A stretch of DNA of 64,000 nucleotides from an uncultured Coxiellaceae bacterium (GTDB lineage Bacteria > Pseudomonadota > Gammaproteobacteria > DSM-16500). The notes under the pieces are model-generated. The model ran no database searches. It was not told the DNA's origin and saw only the letters and a list, made by a program, of their open reading frames with translations. The stretch spans positions 17,472-81,471 of the forward strand of contig CAZUQP010000001.1 of assembly GCA_964622455.1 (NCBI GenBank), given 5' to 3'. Numbering within the stretch: the stretch's first letter is position 1; each line of letters starts with the position of its first letter. Both the position numbers and the translations under genes were made by a program. Shown here piece by piece: positions 8,292-20,349 of this stretch.

Positions 8292-9962
8292 TTATTCCAC
8301 CTTTTCAAGCATTTCCTCAGCGTGCGCGAGCGTTTTTGGAGTGATTTCAATGCCGCCTAACATACGAGCAATTTCTTTTATTTTTTCATCACTAGAAAGC
8401 ATTTTGATATAGGTCTTAGTCGAATTTGCGTGAGTAATTTTTTCAACGCGTAAGTGCTGGTCTCCTTGGACGGCCACTTGCGGTAAGTGTGTCACACAGA
8501 TCAATTGATGGGTTTTACCCAAACGCCGTAATAATTTGCCGACAATTTCTGCGGTGCCGCCGCTGATGCCTACATCCACTTCATCAAAAATTAAAGTAGG
8601 TGTGGTGTGTGCTTTTGCGGTTGCAATGTAAATGGCTAAACTAATCCGTGATAATTCTCCGCCCGATGCAATTTTTGCAAGCGCCTCTTTGGTTTGTCCT
8701 TTATTAGTTTTAATCTGAAAAATAATTCTTTCTAAACCATGAGGCGAAAAATCCATATTTTCTGACTCAAACTCAATATAAAATTCAGCATGCGGCAAAC
8801 CAAGTGTATGAATAATACCCTCGATGTCATCGGTTAATTGTTTTGCAAATTTTTTTCTGCTCGCTGATAATTTTTTAGCAGTATTCAAATAATTTTTCTC
8901 AAGTTGTTCACGTTTTTGAATGAATTCTTGTAATCGTTCATCACTTTTGGTGATTTCATTTAATTCTTTTGATAAATTTTGCTGAAAATCAAATAATTCA
9001 TTCGGTGATATTTTATGTTTGCGCGCTAAATTAAATAATGCGCTAATACGTTGCTCAATAAAGATGAGTCGTTCAGGATCAAGTGTGATAGTCTCAAGAT
9101 AACGATGCAAATCATTTTCTACTTCACTGATTTCAATGATGGCTGATTTGATATTTCCAATCCAGGCAGTGATTTTGGGATCGACTTGCGACACAGTTTC
9201 TAATGCATGCAATGCTTGATTCAATAAATAAAGGGCATTTACTTCCTCATTTTCTGTGAGACAAGCGACAGATTGATTAATGTTTTGCAACAATTCATCT
9301 GCATGTGCTAATTGTTTATGTTCGAGATCTAATGCTTGAAATTCATCAGGCGTAATATTAAGCTCTGTTAATTCATGCAATTGAAATTGCAATAACTCAA
9401 TTTGAGTTTCGCGCTCAATCATGCGTTTTTGAAGCGAAATAATTTCTTGATTGAGTGCGCGCCAATCTTCCGCTATTGCTTTCACTTGATCAACAAGATG
9501 TGTATGGCCGGAAAAATCATCCAATATGTCTCGTTGTTTTTCCATTTTTAATAAAGAATGATATTCATGTTGACCATGAATATCGATTAATAGTTCGCTT
9601 AATGCTCGTAAAGGCGCGAGTGTTGTCGGCATGCCATTAATGTAGCTGCGTGATCGCCCATCAGCTGTGATGGTGCGGCGAATCATACATTCATGTGTGT
9701 CTTCCGAAAGATCATACTGACTAAGCCAGGCGCGTGCATCAGGTAATTTGCTTGCATCAAAACAAAGCGTAATATCTGTTTTATCTCCCAAGGGCCCAAC
9801 CACTTGCTCAGATGCGCGTGCACCTAAGGCTAATTCAATGGCATCAATTAAAATTGATTTACCAGTTCCAGTTTCACCGGTAATCACCGTTGTTCCTGTT
9901 TTAAATTCTAATAATAATTTTTCAATCGTAATTAAATTGTGGATAGTCACTTGTGTAAGCAT
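8292..9962 (-). CDS. recN: DNA repair protein RecN
   Basis: 556 aa with an N-terminal Walker A (GETGTGKS), a long coiled-coil and a C-terminal SMC signature/Walker B (SGGELSRISLA...LIFDEVDVG). Confidence 0.95.
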   Translation of the reverse strand: MLTQVTIHNLITIEKLLLEFKTGTTVITGETGTGKSILIDAIELALGARASEQVVGPLGDKTDITLCFDASKLPDARAWLSQYDLSEDTHECMIRRTITADGRSRSYINGMPTTLAPLRALSELLIDIHGQHEYHSLLKMEKQRDILDDFSGHTHLVDQVKAIAEDWRALNQEIISLQKRMIERETQIELLQFQLHELTELNITPDEFQALDLEHKQLAHADELLQNINQSVACLTENEEVNALYLLNQALHALETVSQVDPKITAWIGNIKSAIIEISEVENDLHRYLETITLDPERLIFIEQRISALFNLARKHKISPNELFDFQQNLSKELNEITKSDERLQEFIQKREQLEKNYLNTAKKLSASRKKFAKQLTDDIEGIIHTLGLPHAEFYIEFESENMDFSPHGLERIIFQIKTNKGQTKEALAKIASGGELSRISLAIYIATAKAHTTPTLIFDEVDVGISGGTAEIVGKLLRRLGKTHQLICVTHLPQVAVQGDQHLRVEKITHANSTKTYIKMLSSDEKIKEIARMLGGIEITPKTLAHAEEMLEKVE

Positions 9963-9967
9963 AATAG

Positions 9968-10855
9968 TTATTCCATATAATTCAATTTTTTTCCCCAGTG
10001 CAATTTGCTGCGTAATGTTTCGTAATAATGATAATCCAACGGATGAATCAAATGTAATTGCTGCGGTTTTTTGCGAATGGTAATGCGGCTGCCGGGCGGT
10101 GTGTGAATATTTGCGCGTCCATCGCAGCTTAAACGGGGTGAGGTAATGTTATTGGGTGAAATGATGACATGTATGCGCTGATTGCCTTCAATGACAATGG
10201 GACGGTTGCTAAGAGAATGCGGAAACATAGGCACCAATACAATTGCATCTAATTGCGGATGTAAAATAGGGCCGCCGCCTGATAATGCATAAGCAGTAGA
10301 ACCTGTGGGCGTTGCAACAATTAATCCATCAGAATTTTGACTGCAAACGAATTGATCTTCGATATAAATTTCAAATTCAATCATATGCGGGATTGCATCG
10401 GGAATAATGGCGACTTCGTTTAGCGCATCATCTTGGCCGATATTATTACCATGGAGTTCAATGGAGCTCGTGAGTAAAAAACGTTTTTCTAATAAATAGT
10501 GTCCTTGCAGGATGGCTTCAATTTTTTCAAGTTCAATCGGCAAAATATCGGTTAAAAACCCTAAGCTACCGCGATTGATGCCGAGTACAGGCAAATCTTG
10601 GTTCACCGCAATGTGTGCAGCATGCAATAAGCTGCCATCGCCGCCGACGACAATTAACAACTGACAATGTTTACCAAGCTGTTCTCGAGGAATAATATTT
10701 AAGTTTTTTTCAGGTAAAGATTCAGCGGTTTCTTCTTCAACATAAATAGGTAATTTAAGCTTATTTAAATATTTAATCAGAGCGCTTAACGTTTCTTTAA
10801 CGCCTGCGGTCCGCATCCGGCCGATGATACCAATCGTTTTAAAGGGGGTCGTCAT
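9968..10855 (-). CDS. nadK: NAD kinase
   Basis: 295 aa with GGDGSLL, NRGSLGFLT and ATPTGSTAYALSGGGPI motifs. Confidence 0.93.
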   Translation of the reverse strand: MTTPFKTIGIIGRMRTAGVKETLSALIKYLNKLKLPIYVEEETAESLPEKNLNIIPREQLGKHCQLLIVVGGDGSLLHAAHIAVNQDLPVLGINRGSLGFLTDILPIELEKIEAILQGHYLLEKRFLLTSSIELHGNNIGQDDALNEVAIIPDAIPHMIEFEIYIEDQFVCSQNSDGLIVATPTGSTAYALSGGGPILHPQLDAIVLVPMFPHSLSNRPIVIEGNQRIHVIISPNNITSPRLSCDGRANIHTPPGSRITIRKKPQQLHLIHPLDYHYYETLRSKLHWGKKLNYME

Positions 10856-10946
10856 GCTTGTTTCCTATTCATAGAATTAAATTGGACATTCGGTGCACGA
10901 TCCTGAAATTCTATGTTATATTTAGCTCCTGCACCATAGGTGAATT

Positions 10947-11987
10947 ATGAATGATACATCAGTGAATCAACGCGCTTTGAGGGTATTGAAAATTTTGGTT
11001 GAGCGCTACATTCAAGACGGTAATCCTGTCGGGTCAAAAACGCTGGCGGAAGAGTATGCTTTGGGTTTAAGTCCCGCTACCGTCCGTAATATTTTGGCGG
11101 ACTTAGAAGATGCAGGCTATTTGGCATCCCCTTATACCTCAGCAGGCCGTGTCCCTACCTCCCGGGGATATCGGTTTTTTGTTAACAGTCTTTTAACCGT
11201 TAAACCTTTGCAAGATGCGGAAGTATCAGCGCTTAAAAGTAAATTGAATCCCGATTTTACTTTATCGCATCTGTTGCAGTCGGCATCATCCCTTTTATCG
11301 GGCCTGACCCAATTGACTGGGGTCGTGGCTTTACCAAAACGTAATCGCACGGAGTTGCGTCATGTAGAATTTTTACCGCTTTCATCCAATCGTGTGTTAG
11401 TCATTTTAGTCTTAAATAATCGAGAAGTGCAAAACAGAATTCTCTATGCTGATCGCACTTACACTCAAAGTGAACTGCAGCAGGCAGCCAATTATTTAAA
11501 TGCGCATTATGCAGGTAAAGATTTACTGACCATACGAGAAACTCTCTCGAAAGCTATCCGGCAAGATCAAAATAAGATGACGTCTCTATTACAAACTACG
11601 ATGGATATTGCGAGCAAAACATTTTTGGACACGGAAGAGAGCAGTAAAGATTATATCGTAGCAGGACAAAATCATTTATTGCATCATTCAAATGAAGCTA
11701 ATTTAGAGCGATTGCGTCTCTTGTTTGATGCGATCACACAAAAACAAGATATTTTAAATTTGTTAGATCAAGCATTACAAGCTGAAGGCATTCAAATTTT
11801 TATTGGTAATGAATCAGGTTATCAAGTGTTTGATGATTGTAGTATTGTAACGACTTCTTATTCTGTCGATGGCGAGTTAGTTGGCAGCTTAGGGGTCATT
11901 GGGCCTACGCGCATGTCTTACGAACGCGTTATTTCAGCAGTTGATGTCACAGCAAAATTATTATCGGCAGCCTTGAATCAAGCGTAA
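10947..11987 (+). CDS. hrcA: Heat-inducible transcription repressor HrcA
   Basis: 346 aa with an N-terminal wHTH (RALRVLKILVERYIQDGNPVGSKTLAEEY), a C-terminal GSLGVIGPTRMSYERV motif, and hrcA-grpE-dnaK-dnaJ synteny. Confidence 0.93.
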   Translation: MNDTSVNQRALRVLKILVERYIQDGNPVGSKTLAEEYALGLSPATVRNILADLEDAGYLASPYTSAGRVPTSRGYRFFVNSLLTVKPLQDAEVSALKSKLNPDFTLSHLLQSASSLLSGLTQLTGVVALPKRNRTELRHVEFLPLSSNRVLVILVLNNREVQNRILYADRTYTQSELQQAANYLNAHYAGKDLLTIRETLSKAIRQDQNKMTSLLQTTMDIASKTFLDTEESSKDYIVAGQNHLLHHSNEANLERLRLLFDAITQKQDILNLLDQALQAEGIQIFIGNESGYQVFDDCSIVTTSYSVDGELVGSLGVIGPTRMSYERVISAVDVTAKLLSAALNQA

Positions 11988-12000
11988 TGGAACCCTATAT
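11972..12000 (+). promoter_or_regulatory. Putative sigma-32 promoter for grpE
   Basis: CTTGAA (11972-11977), 15-nt spacer, CCCTATAT (11993-12000). The consensus is CTTGAA-N13-17-CCCCATNT. It overlaps the hrcA 3' end. Confidence 0.55.
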
Positions 12001-12020
12001 AGAAAATATATCTTTTTGTT

Positions 12021-12623
12021 ATGGAGGAAACTGTGTCAGCGAATAAAAAAACGAGTAGTACCGCATCGTTAAAAGATAAATTGCCAGACGAAGAGGAAAA
12101 ATCGGAATATGTAGATACGGAAGATCAGCCGGATGTGGAAATGATTGATCATCCCTCTTATCAAGAAATGCAGCAAAAATTAACAGAAGCTGAAGAAAAG
12201 GCGACCCAATCTTGGGAGCGTCTGCTTCGTTTGCAAGCTGAAATGGATAACATGCAGCGGCGTACTGAGCGTGATGTAGCCAATGCGCATAAATATGCGC
12301 TCGAAAAATTTGTGCTTGAGCTTTTACCTAGCGTTGATGGATTGGAGCGTGCTTTACTTTCGCATGCTGATGAGCCCTCGGGATCTGGCACCTTATTAGA
12401 TGGTGTGAGTCTTACACTTAAGATGTTATATGCAGCATTTGAAAAGTTTGGTATACAGCAACTTAGTCCGGAGGGGCAGCCTTTTAATCCAGAGCAACAC
12501 CAAGCGGTTGCTGCTGAAGCGAGTCCAGACGCCAAATCAGGCACGGTTTTATCTGTATTGCAAAAGGGCTATTTATTGAATAATAGGCTAATCCGACCCG
12601 CTTTGGTCGTTGTTGCAAAATAA
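12021..12623 (+). CDS. grpE: Nucleotide exchange factor GrpE
   Basis: 200 aa with an acidic N-terminus, a coiled-coil (RLQAEMDNMQRRTERD) and a C-terminal beta domain (FNPEQHQAV...GYLLNNRLIRPALV). Confidence 0.93.
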   Translation: MEETVSANKKTSSTASLKDKLPDEEEKSEYVDTEDQPDVEMIDHPSYQEMQQKLTEAEEKATQSWERLLRLQAEMDNMQRRTERDVANAHKYALEKFVLELLPSVDGLERALLSHADEPSGSGTLLDGVSLTLKMLYAAFEKFGIQQLSPEGQPFNPEQHQAVAAEASPDAKSGTVLSVLQKGYLLNNRLIRPALVVVAK

Positions 12624-12629
12624 AAATGA

Positions 12630-12656
12630 TTGAAAAATGAAAAACAACCCCTATAT
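12630..12656 (+). promoter_or_regulatory. Putative sigma-32 promoter for dnaK-dnaJ
   Basis: TTGAAA (12630-12635), 12-nt spacer, CCCCTATAT (12648-12656), about 30 nt upstream of the dnaK ATG. Confidence 0.55.
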
Positions 12657-12687
12657 ATAAGGTAACAATTTCTTTTTGGAGACACAC

Positions 12688-14646
12688 ATGGCAACAGCAG
12701 CAAGTAAGATTATTGGTATTGATTTAGGAACAACGAATTCCTGTGTCGCCGTCATGGAAGGCGACAAAGTACGAGTCATTGAAAATGCAGAAGGCGATCG
12801 TACCACTCCTTCTATTGTTGCCTATCTTGAAAATGACGAAGTTTTGGTGGGCCAGCCTGCAAAACGTCAAGCTGTCACAAATCCTGCTAATACAATTTAT
12901 GCGGCAAAACGCTTAATTGGCCGTCGTTATGATGAAGAAGTGGTGCGTAAAGATAAAGAAATTGTGCCTTATAAAATTATTAAAGCAGACAATGGCGATG
13001 CATGGATTGAAGTATTGGGTAATAAAAAATTAGCGCCGCCGCAAATTTCCGCGCAAGTGCTCATGAAAATGAAAAAAACAGCGGAAGATTATTTGGGACA
13101 TCCTGTGACTGAAGCGGTGATTACAGTGCCCGCTTATTTTAATGATTCCCAGAGGCAAGCCACTAAAGATGCAGGACGCATCGCAGGCCTTGAAGTAAAA
13201 CGTATTATTAACGAACCGACCGCTGCCGCTTTAGCATTTGGTTTAGACAAAAAACCAGGCGATCGCAAAATTGCAGTCTATGATCTTGGCGGCGGTACAT
13301 TTGATATTTCCATTATTGAAATTGCTGAAGTGGATGGCGAACATCAGTTTGAAGTGTTATCCACCAATGGCGATACGTTCTTAGGCGGTGAAGATTTTGA
13401 TTTACGTTTAATTAATTATTTAATTGATGAATTTAAAAAATCGTCCGGCATTAATTTACGTAACGATCCGCTTGCTTTGCAGCGTTTAAAAGAAGCGGCA
13501 GAAAAAGCAAAAATTGAATTGTCATCTGCGCAGCAAACCGATGTCAACTTACCGTACATTACAGCGGATGCCAGCGGTCCGAAACACTTAAATGTTAAAA
13601 TTACCCGCGCAAAACTAGAATCTTTAGTGGAAGATTTGATTCAACGCACCATTGAGCCTTGCAAAATTGCGATTAAAGATGCCAATGTTAATGTGAATGA
13701 TATCGTCGATGTTATTTTAGTTGGCGGCCAAACACGCATGCCGATGGTGCAAGAAACGGTTAAAAAATTCTTTGGCAAAGAACCGCGCCGTGATATTAAT
13801 CCCGATGAAGCTGTCGCCATTGGTGCAGCAGTTCAAGGCGCTGTGTTATCAGGTTCTGTCAAAGATGTGTTATTGCTTGATGTCACGCCGCTTTCATTAG
13901 GCATTGAAACGTTGGGCGGTGTCATGACCAAGCTTATTGAAAAAAATACGACAATTCCAACCAAAGCAAACCAAGTTTTCTCAACCGCAGGTGATAATCA
14001 AACAGCTGTTACTGTGCATGTATTGCAAGGTGAGCGTGAAATGGCATCAGCGAACAAATCATTGGGTCGTTTCGATTTAGCTGATATTCCGCCAGCGCCA
14101 CGCGGTATGCCGCAAATTGAAGTTAATTTTGATATTGATGCAAATGGTATTTTGCATGTATCTGCTAAAGATAAAGCGACCGGCAAAGCGCAATCGATCG
14201 TCATTAAAGCATCCAGCGGTCTTTCTGAAGATGAAATTAAAAACATGGTGAAAGATGCAGAAGCCAATGTGGAAGAAGATCGTAAGTTCCATGATTTAGT
14301 GACAGCACGTAATCAAGCAGATAATATGATCCACGCTGTTTCAAAATCCTTGAAAGAAGCGGGGGATAAAGTATCGGCTGATGAGCGCAGCGCAATTGAG
14401 CGTGCTATCGATGCACTGAAAGAAGCCATCAAAGGAAATGATAAGGACTTGATCGAAGCAAAAACGAAAGATTTAACCGACGCATCATCTAAAATGGCAG
14501 AAAAACTTTATGCATCTCAACAACAACCAGGCAGCGGAGAGGCCGCAGGTGCGCAATCGCAATCAGCGGGAGAAGGTGGCGCCCAAAAAGGAGATACAGT
14601 GGTTGATGCGGAATTTGAAGAAGTCAAAGATGATCATAAAAAATAA
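12688..14646 (+). CDS. dnaK: Molecular chaperone DnaK (Hsp70)
   Basis: [23 protein letters not shown] and [11 protein letters not shown] signatures. The ATG at 12688 after GGAG is preferred over the TTG at 12676. Confidence 0.97.
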   Translation: MATAASKIIGIDLGTTNSCVAVMEGDKVRVIENAEGDRTTPSIVAYLENDEVLVGQPAKRQAVTNPANTIYAAKRLIGRRYDEEVVRKDKEIVPYKIIKADNGDAWIEVLGNKKLAPPQISAQVLMKMKKTAEDYLGHPVTEAVITVPAYFNDSQRQATKDAGRIAGLEVKRIINEPTAAALAFGLDKKPGDRKIAVYDLGGGTFDISIIEIAEVDGEHQFEVLSTNGDTFLGGEDFDLRLINYLIDEFKKSSGINLRNDPLALQRLKEAAEKAKIELSSAQQTDVNLPYITADASGPKHLNVKITRAKLESLVEDLIQRTIEPCKIAIKDANVNVNDIVDVILVGGQTRMPMVQETVKKFFGKEPRRDINPDEAVAIGAAVQGAVLSGSVKDVLLLDVTPLSLGIETLGGVMTKLIEKNTTIPTKANQVFSTAGDNQTAVTVHVLQGEREMASANKSLGRFDLADIPPAPRGMPQIEVNFDIDANGILHVSAKDKATGKAQSIVIKASSGLSEDEIKNMVKDAEANVEEDRKFHDLVTARNQADNMIHAVSKSLKEAGDKVSADERSAIERAIDALKEAIKGNDKDLIEAKTKDLTDASSKMAEKLYASQQQPGSGEAAGAQSQSAGEGGAQKGDTVVDAEFEEVKDDHKK

Positions 14647-14661
14647 AAACGAATAAATCCG

Positions 14662-15771
14662 ATGGCAAAAAATGATTATTATGAAACCTTAGGTGTTTCG
14701 CGTAGCGCAAGCGAGGATGAAATTAAAAAAGCGTTTCGCCGCTTGGCCATGAAATATCATCCTGATCGTACCAATCATGACAAGGCATCAGAAGAAAAAT
14801 TCAAAGAAGCACGCGAAGCTTATGAAGTGTTGTCTGATGCTCGTAAACGCGCAGCCTACGATCAATTTGGTCATAGTGCCCAAGATGCCGGTGGTTTTGG
14901 CGGAATGGGCGGCATGAATTTTAGTGATATTTTTGGCGATATTTTCGGTGATATTTTTAGCGGCGGAAGAGCGGGCCCTGCGCGAGGTTCTGATTTACGT
15001 TATCATCTCGAAATCACTTTAGAGCAAGCGGTTCTTGGAACAGTGGTTGAAGTCACGATTCCAACGCAAGTTTTATGCAGCGATTGCGGCGGTAGCGGCG
15101 CTAAGAAAGGAGCAGCACCTGTTACTTGCCAAGATTGCGGCGGTCATGGACAAATTCGGATCCAACAAGGATTTTTTTCGGTACAGCAAACTTGTCCTTC
15201 TTGCCGCGGGAAGGGACAAATTATTTTAGATCCGTGTTCTTCTTGCCGCGGGAAAGGGCGGCTAAAACAAACTAAGAAATTATCGGTTAAAATACCGCCT
15301 GGCGTCGATACGGGCGATCGAATTCGTTTAGGCGGAGAAGGCGAAGCAGGAGAGCCTGGCGCATCACCGGGTGATTTATATGTGCAGATTACCGTAACGC
15401 CTCATCCCATTTTTGAACGGGAGGGCACGCATTTACATTGTGAAGTTCCTATTAGTTTTGTAACTTCCGCTTTAGGCGGTGAATTAGATGTGCCTACATT
15501 AACGGGGCGGATCAAACTGAAAGTGCCGGCAGAAACACAATCCGGTAAAGTGTTTCGTCTAAAAAATATGGGAATTCCTTCTGTGCGGGGCGGCAGTAAA
15601 GGCGATTTGTTATGTAAAGTGATCGTCGAAACACCGGTCAACTTAACGCATAAACAAAAAGAATTGCTGGCTCAATTTGAAAAAACCCTTTCTCTGGATA
15701 ATAAACACAATCCTAGATCAAATTCTTGGTTTGATAAAGTCAAAAAATTTTTTGAAGAAATGAAATTTTAA
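14662..15771 (+). CDS. dnaJ: Molecular chaperone DnaJ
   Basis: J-domain with HPD (KYHPDRT), a G/F-rich linker and four CxxCxGxG zinc-finger repeats. Confidence 0.96.
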   Translation: MAKNDYYETLGVSRSASEDEIKKAFRRLAMKYHPDRTNHDKASEEKFKEAREAYEVLSDARKRAAYDQFGHSAQDAGGFGGMGGMNFSDIFGDIFGDIFSGGRAGPARGSDLRYHLEITLEQAVLGTVVEVTIPTQVLCSDCGGSGAKKGAAPVTCQDCGGHGQIRIQQGFFSVQQTCPSCRGKGQIILDPCSSCRGKGRLKQTKKLSVKIPPGVDTGDRIRLGGEGEAGEPGASPGDLYVQITVTPHPIFEREGTHLHCEVPISFVTSALGGELDVPTLTGRIKLKVPAETQSGKVFRLKNMGIPSVRGGSKGDLLCKVIVETPVNLTHKQKELLAQFEKTLSLDNKHNPRSNSWFDKVKKFFEEMKF

Positions 15772-15780
15772 GGAAATGAT

Positions 15781-16257
15781 ATGAATAAAGTTCCTATGAC
15801 AGTGCTTGGCGCTGAAAAATTGCGTGAAGAATTACACCGTTTAAAAACGCTTGAGCGTCCTAAAATTATTAATGCTATTGCAGAAGCAAGGGCGCATGGG
15901 GATTTAAAAGAAAATGCAGAATATCATGCGGCGCGCGAGCAGCAGAGTTTTGTTGAAGGACGTATTTTGGAAATTGAAAATAAATTATCGGTTGCGCAAG
16001 TCATCGATGTCACTCAAATTGAAAATACCGGTAAAGTCATCTTTGGTACCACTATCACTTTAAATAATAAAAATGCAGCGACAAAAGCTTGTTATAAAAT
16101 TGTTGGGGATGATGAAGCGGATATTAACGATAATAAAATTTCAATTAGCTCCCCGATTGCGCGCGCACTGATTGGTAAATATGAAGGCGATCTTGTGGAA
16201 GTGCGCACACCTGAGGGTGTCACGGAATATGAAATTATTGAAGTGGCTTATGTTTAA
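15781..16257 (+). CDS. greA: Transcription elongation factor GreA
   Basis: 158 aa with [13 protein letters not shown]..., [17 protein letters not shown] and a C-terminal FKBP-like domain. Confidence 0.94.
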   Translation: MNKVPMTVLGAEKLREELHRLKTLERPKIINAIAEARAHGDLKENAEYHAAREQQSFVEGRILEIENKLSVAQVIDVTQIENTGKVIFGTTITLNNKNAATKACYKIVGDDEADINDNKISISSPIARALIGKYEGDLVEVRTPEGVTEYEIIEVAYV

Positions 16258-16868
16258 TGCCGGGTAGCAAGAGCAGCCGTCGTTGGCTTCACGAACATTT
16301 TTCAGATCCTTATGTCAAAAAAGCTCACAAAACTGGTGCGCGCGCACGTGCAGTTTATAAGTTAGAAGAACTGCAAGAGCGCGGTAAATTATTTAAGCCA
16401 GGCATGGTAGTCATTGATTTGGGTGCAGCACCAGGCAGTTGGTCGGAAGTGGTTGCCAAATGGGTGGGAAAAACAGGGCGCGTGATTGCGCTTGATATTT
16501 TACCGATGTCACCGATTCCGGGTGTTGAATTTATTTTAGGTGATTTTGCTAAGCCTTCCGTCTTAGATGAATTATTAAAAACCTTGGGCGATACCAAAGT
16601 GGATTGGGTGATATCGGATATGGCACCTAACATAAGCGGTATTGTGAGTGTGGATCAGCCGCGCTCTTTAGAATTAGCAGAATTAGCTTTTGATTTGGCG
16701 CAAAAAGTATTACATCGAAAAGGCGGTTTGTTAGTGAAGGTGTTTCAAGGAGAGGGTTTTGATGCGTTTTTGTTAAATTTACGCGGTTGTTTCAAAAAAG
16801 TTGTTATTCGTAAACCCAAGGCTTCCAAAGACCGCTCGCGGGAAGTCTATTTGCTGGCAAAAAATTAG
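16257..16868 (+). CDS. rlmE: 23S rRNA (U2552-2'-O)-methyltransferase RlmE (FtsJ)
   Basis: 203 aa with SSRRWLHEHFSDPYVKKA, DLGAAPGSW and VISDMAPN. It is located upstream of ftsH. Confidence 0.94.
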   Translation: MPGSKSSRRWLHEHFSDPYVKKAHKTGARARAVYKLEELQERGKLFKPGMVVIDLGAAPGSWSEVVAKWVGKTGRVIALDILPMSPIPGVEFILGDFAKPSVLDELLKTLGDTKVDWVISDMAPNISGIVSVDQPRSLELAELAFDLAQKVLHRKGGLLVKVFQGEGFDAFLLNLRGCFKKVVIRKPKASKDRSREVYLLAKN

Positions 16869-16956
16869 GGGTTAAAAGGGTTCAAGGTAGTTTCTCGATT
16901 TTACTTCAGGTATCATGAATAGATGAGCGATGAGATAGTGCAAAAGGGGCCGCAAG

Positions 16957-18897
16957 GTGAATGACACGATTAAAACGATACTGTTATGGATGGTGGCTGG
17001 GGTCATCTTAGTTTCCGTATTTAATGTTTTTGGGCCAAGACGTGAAGCGGAGCAACGCATCACTTATTCTGCATTTATCAGTGAAGTCAAGCAAGGCAAT
17101 GTGAGTTCCGTCACTATTTCTGACCAAGAATTAATAGGCACTATGCAAAATAATAAGATATTTGCTACTTATTTGCCGATGGCCAATGATACACAGCTTT
17201 TGGAAGAGCTCGTTAATAAGGGTGTCAATGTGAAAGGTAAACCGCCAGAACAACCAGGACTCTTGGTGCATTTACTTAGTTTATTACCTTGGATTGTTCT
17301 TTTTGCCATTTGGATTTATGTGCTTCGTCAACAAACAGGCGGTGGACGAGGCGGTGCATTTTCTTTTGGACGCAGCCGCGCGCGTTTATTAAGTGAAGAT
17401 CAAGTCAAAGTCACTTTTGCAGATGTTGCAGGAGTTGATGAAGCAAAAGAAGAAGTCAAAGAACTTGTCGAATTTTTACGTGACCCGGGTAAATTTCAAA
17501 AATTGGGCGGCAAAATTCCGCAGGGCGTGCTACTGGTTGGCCCTCCTGGAACAGGCAAAACATTATTAGCGAAAGCAGTGGCAGGGGAAGCTAAAGTTCC
17601 CTTCTTTACAATTTCCGGTTCTGACTTTGTTGAGATGTTTGTTGGCGTGGGCGCATCACGTGTACGCGATATGTTTGAGCAAGCCAAGAAACAAGCGCCC
17701 TGTATTATCTTTATTGATGAAATTGATGCGGTCGGCCGTCATCGCGGTGCGGGTCTTGGCGGCGGTCATGATGAGCGTGAACAAACGCTTAATCAATTAT
17801 TGGTTGAAATGGATGGTTTTCAAGGCAATGAGGGTGTGATTGTGATTGCGGCCACTAACCGTCCTGATGTATTGGATAATGCATTATTGCGTCCCGGCCG
17901 ATTTGATCGTCAAGTCGTCGTTGGTTTACCGGATGTGCGGGGGCGTGAGCAAATTATTCGTGTTCATATGCGTAAAGTGCCTTTGGCAGATGATGTGAAT
18001 CCTGGGGTGATTGCACGAGGTACGCCTGGATTTTCGGGTGCAGACCTTGCCAATATTGTCAATGAAGCGGCTTTGTTTGCAGCGCGCGCAAATAAACGTG
18101 CAGTAGGCATGCTAGAATTTGAAAAAGCAAAAGATAAAGTGATCATGGGCGCTGAACGCCGTTCAATGGTGATGAGTGAATCAGAAAAGAAATTAACAGC
18201 GTATCATGAAGCGGGCCATGCCATTGTAGGCCTTTTAGTGCCTGAACATGATCCAGTCCATAAAGTCACTATTATTCCTCGCGGCCGGGCATTAGGCGTG
18301 ACGATGTTCTTACCGGAAGGTGATCGTTACAGTTATAGCAAAGAACATTTAGAAAGTAAGATTTCCAGTTTATTTGGCGGCCGGATTGCAGAAGTCATTA
18401 TTTTTGGGCCCAGTAAAGTGACAACCGGTGCTTCCAATGATATTCAAAAAGCAACAGAGCTAGCGCGAAATATGGTGACTAAATGGGGGCTTTCTGAAAA
18501 ATTAGGCCCGCTCACTTTTGGAGAAGATGAAAAAGAAGTGTTTTTAGGCCATGCGGTTGCGCGGCATAAAGAAATTTCTGAAACAACATCAGGTCTGATT
18601 GATCAAGAAATCCATGTCATTGTTGATCGTAATTACCAACGCGCAGAAAAAATTCTCAAAGAAAATTTAGACAAACTGCATGCGATGGCTGAGGCGCTTA
18701 TTAAATATGAAACAATAGGGCAAGAGCAAATTCAAGATGTGATGTCAGGTAAACCCGCGCGCGAGCCTTCTGATTGGCAAGATGGAAATAGTAAAAAAGA
18801 GAAAATTAAAACACCGCCGCCTGTTGATGAACAAGATACACCGGAGATTTTGAAAAAAGACGATAATCAAGGACTGCATTCTGCGCATGATGAGTAA
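16957..18897 (+). CDS. ftsH: ATP-dependent zinc metalloprotease FtsH
   Basis: GTG start, two N-terminal TM segments, AAA+ Walker A (GPPGTGKT) and B (IIFIDEIDA), and the HEAGH zinc motif. Confidence 0.96.
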   Translation: MNDTIKTILLWMVAGVILVSVFNVFGPRREAEQRITYSAFISEVKQGNVSSVTISDQELIGTMQNNKIFATYLPMANDTQLLEELVNKGVNVKGKPPEQPGLLVHLLSLLPWIVLFAIWIYVLRQQTGGGRGGAFSFGRSRARLLSEDQVKVTFADVAGVDEAKEEVKELVEFLRDPGKFQKLGGKIPQGVLLVGPPGTGKTLLAKAVAGEAKVPFFTISGSDFVEMFVGVGASRVRDMFEQAKKQAPCIIFIDEIDAVGRHRGAGLGGGHDEREQTLNQLLVEMDGFQGNEGVIVIAATNRPDVLDNALLRPGRFDRQVVVGLPDVRGREQIIRVHMRKVPLADDVNPGVIARGTPGFSGADLANIVNEAALFAARANKRAVGMLEFEKAKDKVIMGAERRSMVMSESEKKLTAYHEAGHAIVGLLVPEHDPVHKVTIIPRGRALGVTMFLPEGDRYSYSKEHLESKISSLFGGRIAEVIIFGPSKVTTGASNDIQKATELARNMVTKWGLSEKLGPLTFGEDEKEVFLGHAVARHKEISETTSGLIDQEIHVIVDRNYQRAEKILKENLDKLHAMAEALIKYETIGQEQIQDVMSGKPAREPSDWQDGNSKKEKIKTPPPVDEQDTPEILKKDDNQGLHSAHDE

Positions 18898-20251
18898 TTC
18901 TACTGAAAAACCACAACGTAAATATTTTGGGACTGATGGAATTCGCGGGCGCGTAGGTATATGGCCTGTGACACCCGATTTTATTTTAAAATTAGGCTGG
19001 GCAGTCGGTAAAGTATTGGCGCGTCAAGAATCTGGTAAGGTGTTAATTGGAAAAGATACGCGTATATCTGGCTATATGTTTGAATCAGCGCTTGAAGCAG
19101 GTCTTGCAGCAGCAGGGGTTGATATTCATTTGTTAGGGCCTATGCCAACGCCGGCTATTGCTTATTTAACGCGTACCTTGCGTGCTCAAGCGGGCATTGT
19201 GATTAGCGCTTCGCATAATCCCTATTATGATAATGGGATTAAGTTTTTTTCAGCACAAGGAACAAAATTACCAGACGAATTGGAAATTGCAATTGAGGAA
19301 CAGTTAGAAAAAACCATGACAACGGTTGATTCCGCAGAGCTTGGCAAAGCGATCCGTATTGTGGATGCACCTGGCCGTTATATTGAATTTTGTAAAAGTA
19401 CGGTGTCATCCGATATTACTTTGAGCGGATTGAAAATAGTAGTTGATTGTGCAAATGGTGCAGCTTATCACATCGCGCCAAGTGTTTTTATGGAATTGGG
19501 CGCAGATGTTCTCGAACTTGGCATTGAGCCAAATGGATTAAATATTAATTCAGAATGCGGCGCAACACACACAGACAATTTAAGACAAACGGTTGTGCGT
19601 GAAAAAGCAGACTTAGGTCTTGCCTTAGATGGTGATGGCGATCGTGTCATTATGGTTGACCATGAAGGCCAAGTATTAGATGGTGATGATTTGCTTTATA
19701 TTATTTCAAAACACCACCATGAATTGGGTCTTTTAAAAGGCGGATTAGTGGGTACTTTTATGTCTAATTTAGGCCTTGAGCTTGCGATTCGCGAAATGGG
19801 TTTTGATTTAGTGCGAGTACCGGTAGGTGACCGATATATTGTGGCTGAATTGATGAAGCGTCAATGGCATTTAGGCGGCGAACCTTCCGGCCATATTATT
19901 TGTTCGGATGCGATTACCACAGGCGATGGCATCATTACTGCACTACAAGTTCTCTCAGCGATGTGTCATAAAATGCAATCACTCGCGCAATTAAAACAAG
20001 GATTGCATCGTTATCCGCAAGTCTTAGTCAATGTCAGTGTGACGCAAGATGTTGACCCCATCCAAAATGTTAGTGTCCGCGCTGCTCTTCATGAGGCAGA
20101 AAGCTCTTTAGGCGCAACAGGCCGAGTACTGCTGAGACGCTCTGGAACAGAGCCCCTGGTGCGCGTGATGGTTGAAGGGAATGATGAGGTGCGCGTGAGG
20201 CAGTTAGCAGATCAGCTTGCAGCGGTCGTCAAAGAAGAATTAGCGAAATAA
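18887..20251 (+). CDS. glmM: Phosphoglucosamine mutase GlmM
   Basis: 454 aa with YFGTDGIRG, the active-site SASHNP motif, and DGDGDR. Confidence 0.95.
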   Translation: MMSNSTEKPQRKYFGTDGIRGRVGIWPVTPDFILKLGWAVGKVLARQESGKVLIGKDTRISGYMFESALEAGLAAAGVDIHLLGPMPTPAIAYLTRTLRAQAGIVISASHNPYYDNGIKFFSAQGTKLPDELEIAIEEQLEKTMTTVDSAELGKAIRIVDAPGRYIEFCKSTVSSDITLSGLKIVVDCANGAAYHIAPSVFMELGADVLELGIEPNGLNINSECGATHTDNLRQTVVREKADLGLALDGDGDRVIMVDHEGQVLDGDDLLYIISKHHHELGLLKGGLVGTFMSNLGLELAIREMGFDLVRVPVGDRYIVAELMKRQWHLGGEPSGHIICSDAITTGDGIITALQVLSAMCHKMQSLAQLKQGLHRYPQVLVNVSVTQDVDPIQNVSVRAALHEAESSLGATGRVLLRRSGTEPLVRVMVEGNDEVRVRQLADQLAAVVKEELAK

Positions 20252-20349
20252 AAATAAAATATATAACTGTCCACACAATGACGCTATAAAGATAACCAAT
20301 CATCGCTCACAAGGTTAATTGAGAGCGATGATCTAGATTGTGGAGTATT

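Noticed and set aside
9963-10100. LexA/SOS box upstream of recN
   Set aside because: No CTGT-N8-ACAG motif is present. recN abuts nadK with a 5-nt gap, so it is probably co-transcribed.
10856-10946. CIRCE element (TTAGCACTC-N9-GAGTGCTAA) upstream of hrcA
   Set aside because: Only a poor partial resemblance was found (TTAGCTCCT-N9-GGTGAATTA). There is no convincing inverted repeat. CIRCE is probably at groESL elsewhere.
12161-12544. 127-aa ORF antisense to grpE, and similar antisense or out-of-frame ORFs within dnaK, dnaJ, secA, ftsH, murE, msbA and others
   Set aside because: All are nested in well-supported housekeeping CDSs and show no independent signals.
18887-18897. Absence of folP between ftsH and glmM
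   Set aside because: This is a gene-order difference from E. coli only. The overlap of ftsH and glmM is clean, and nothing unusual is visible in the sequence.
20271-20346. Imperfect hairpin (ATCATCGCTC...GAGCGATGAT) between convergent glmM and the HU-like gene, as a terminator
   Set aside because: The stem is real, but the loop is 14 nt and there is no flanking T-run. That is not enough to call an intrinsic terminator.
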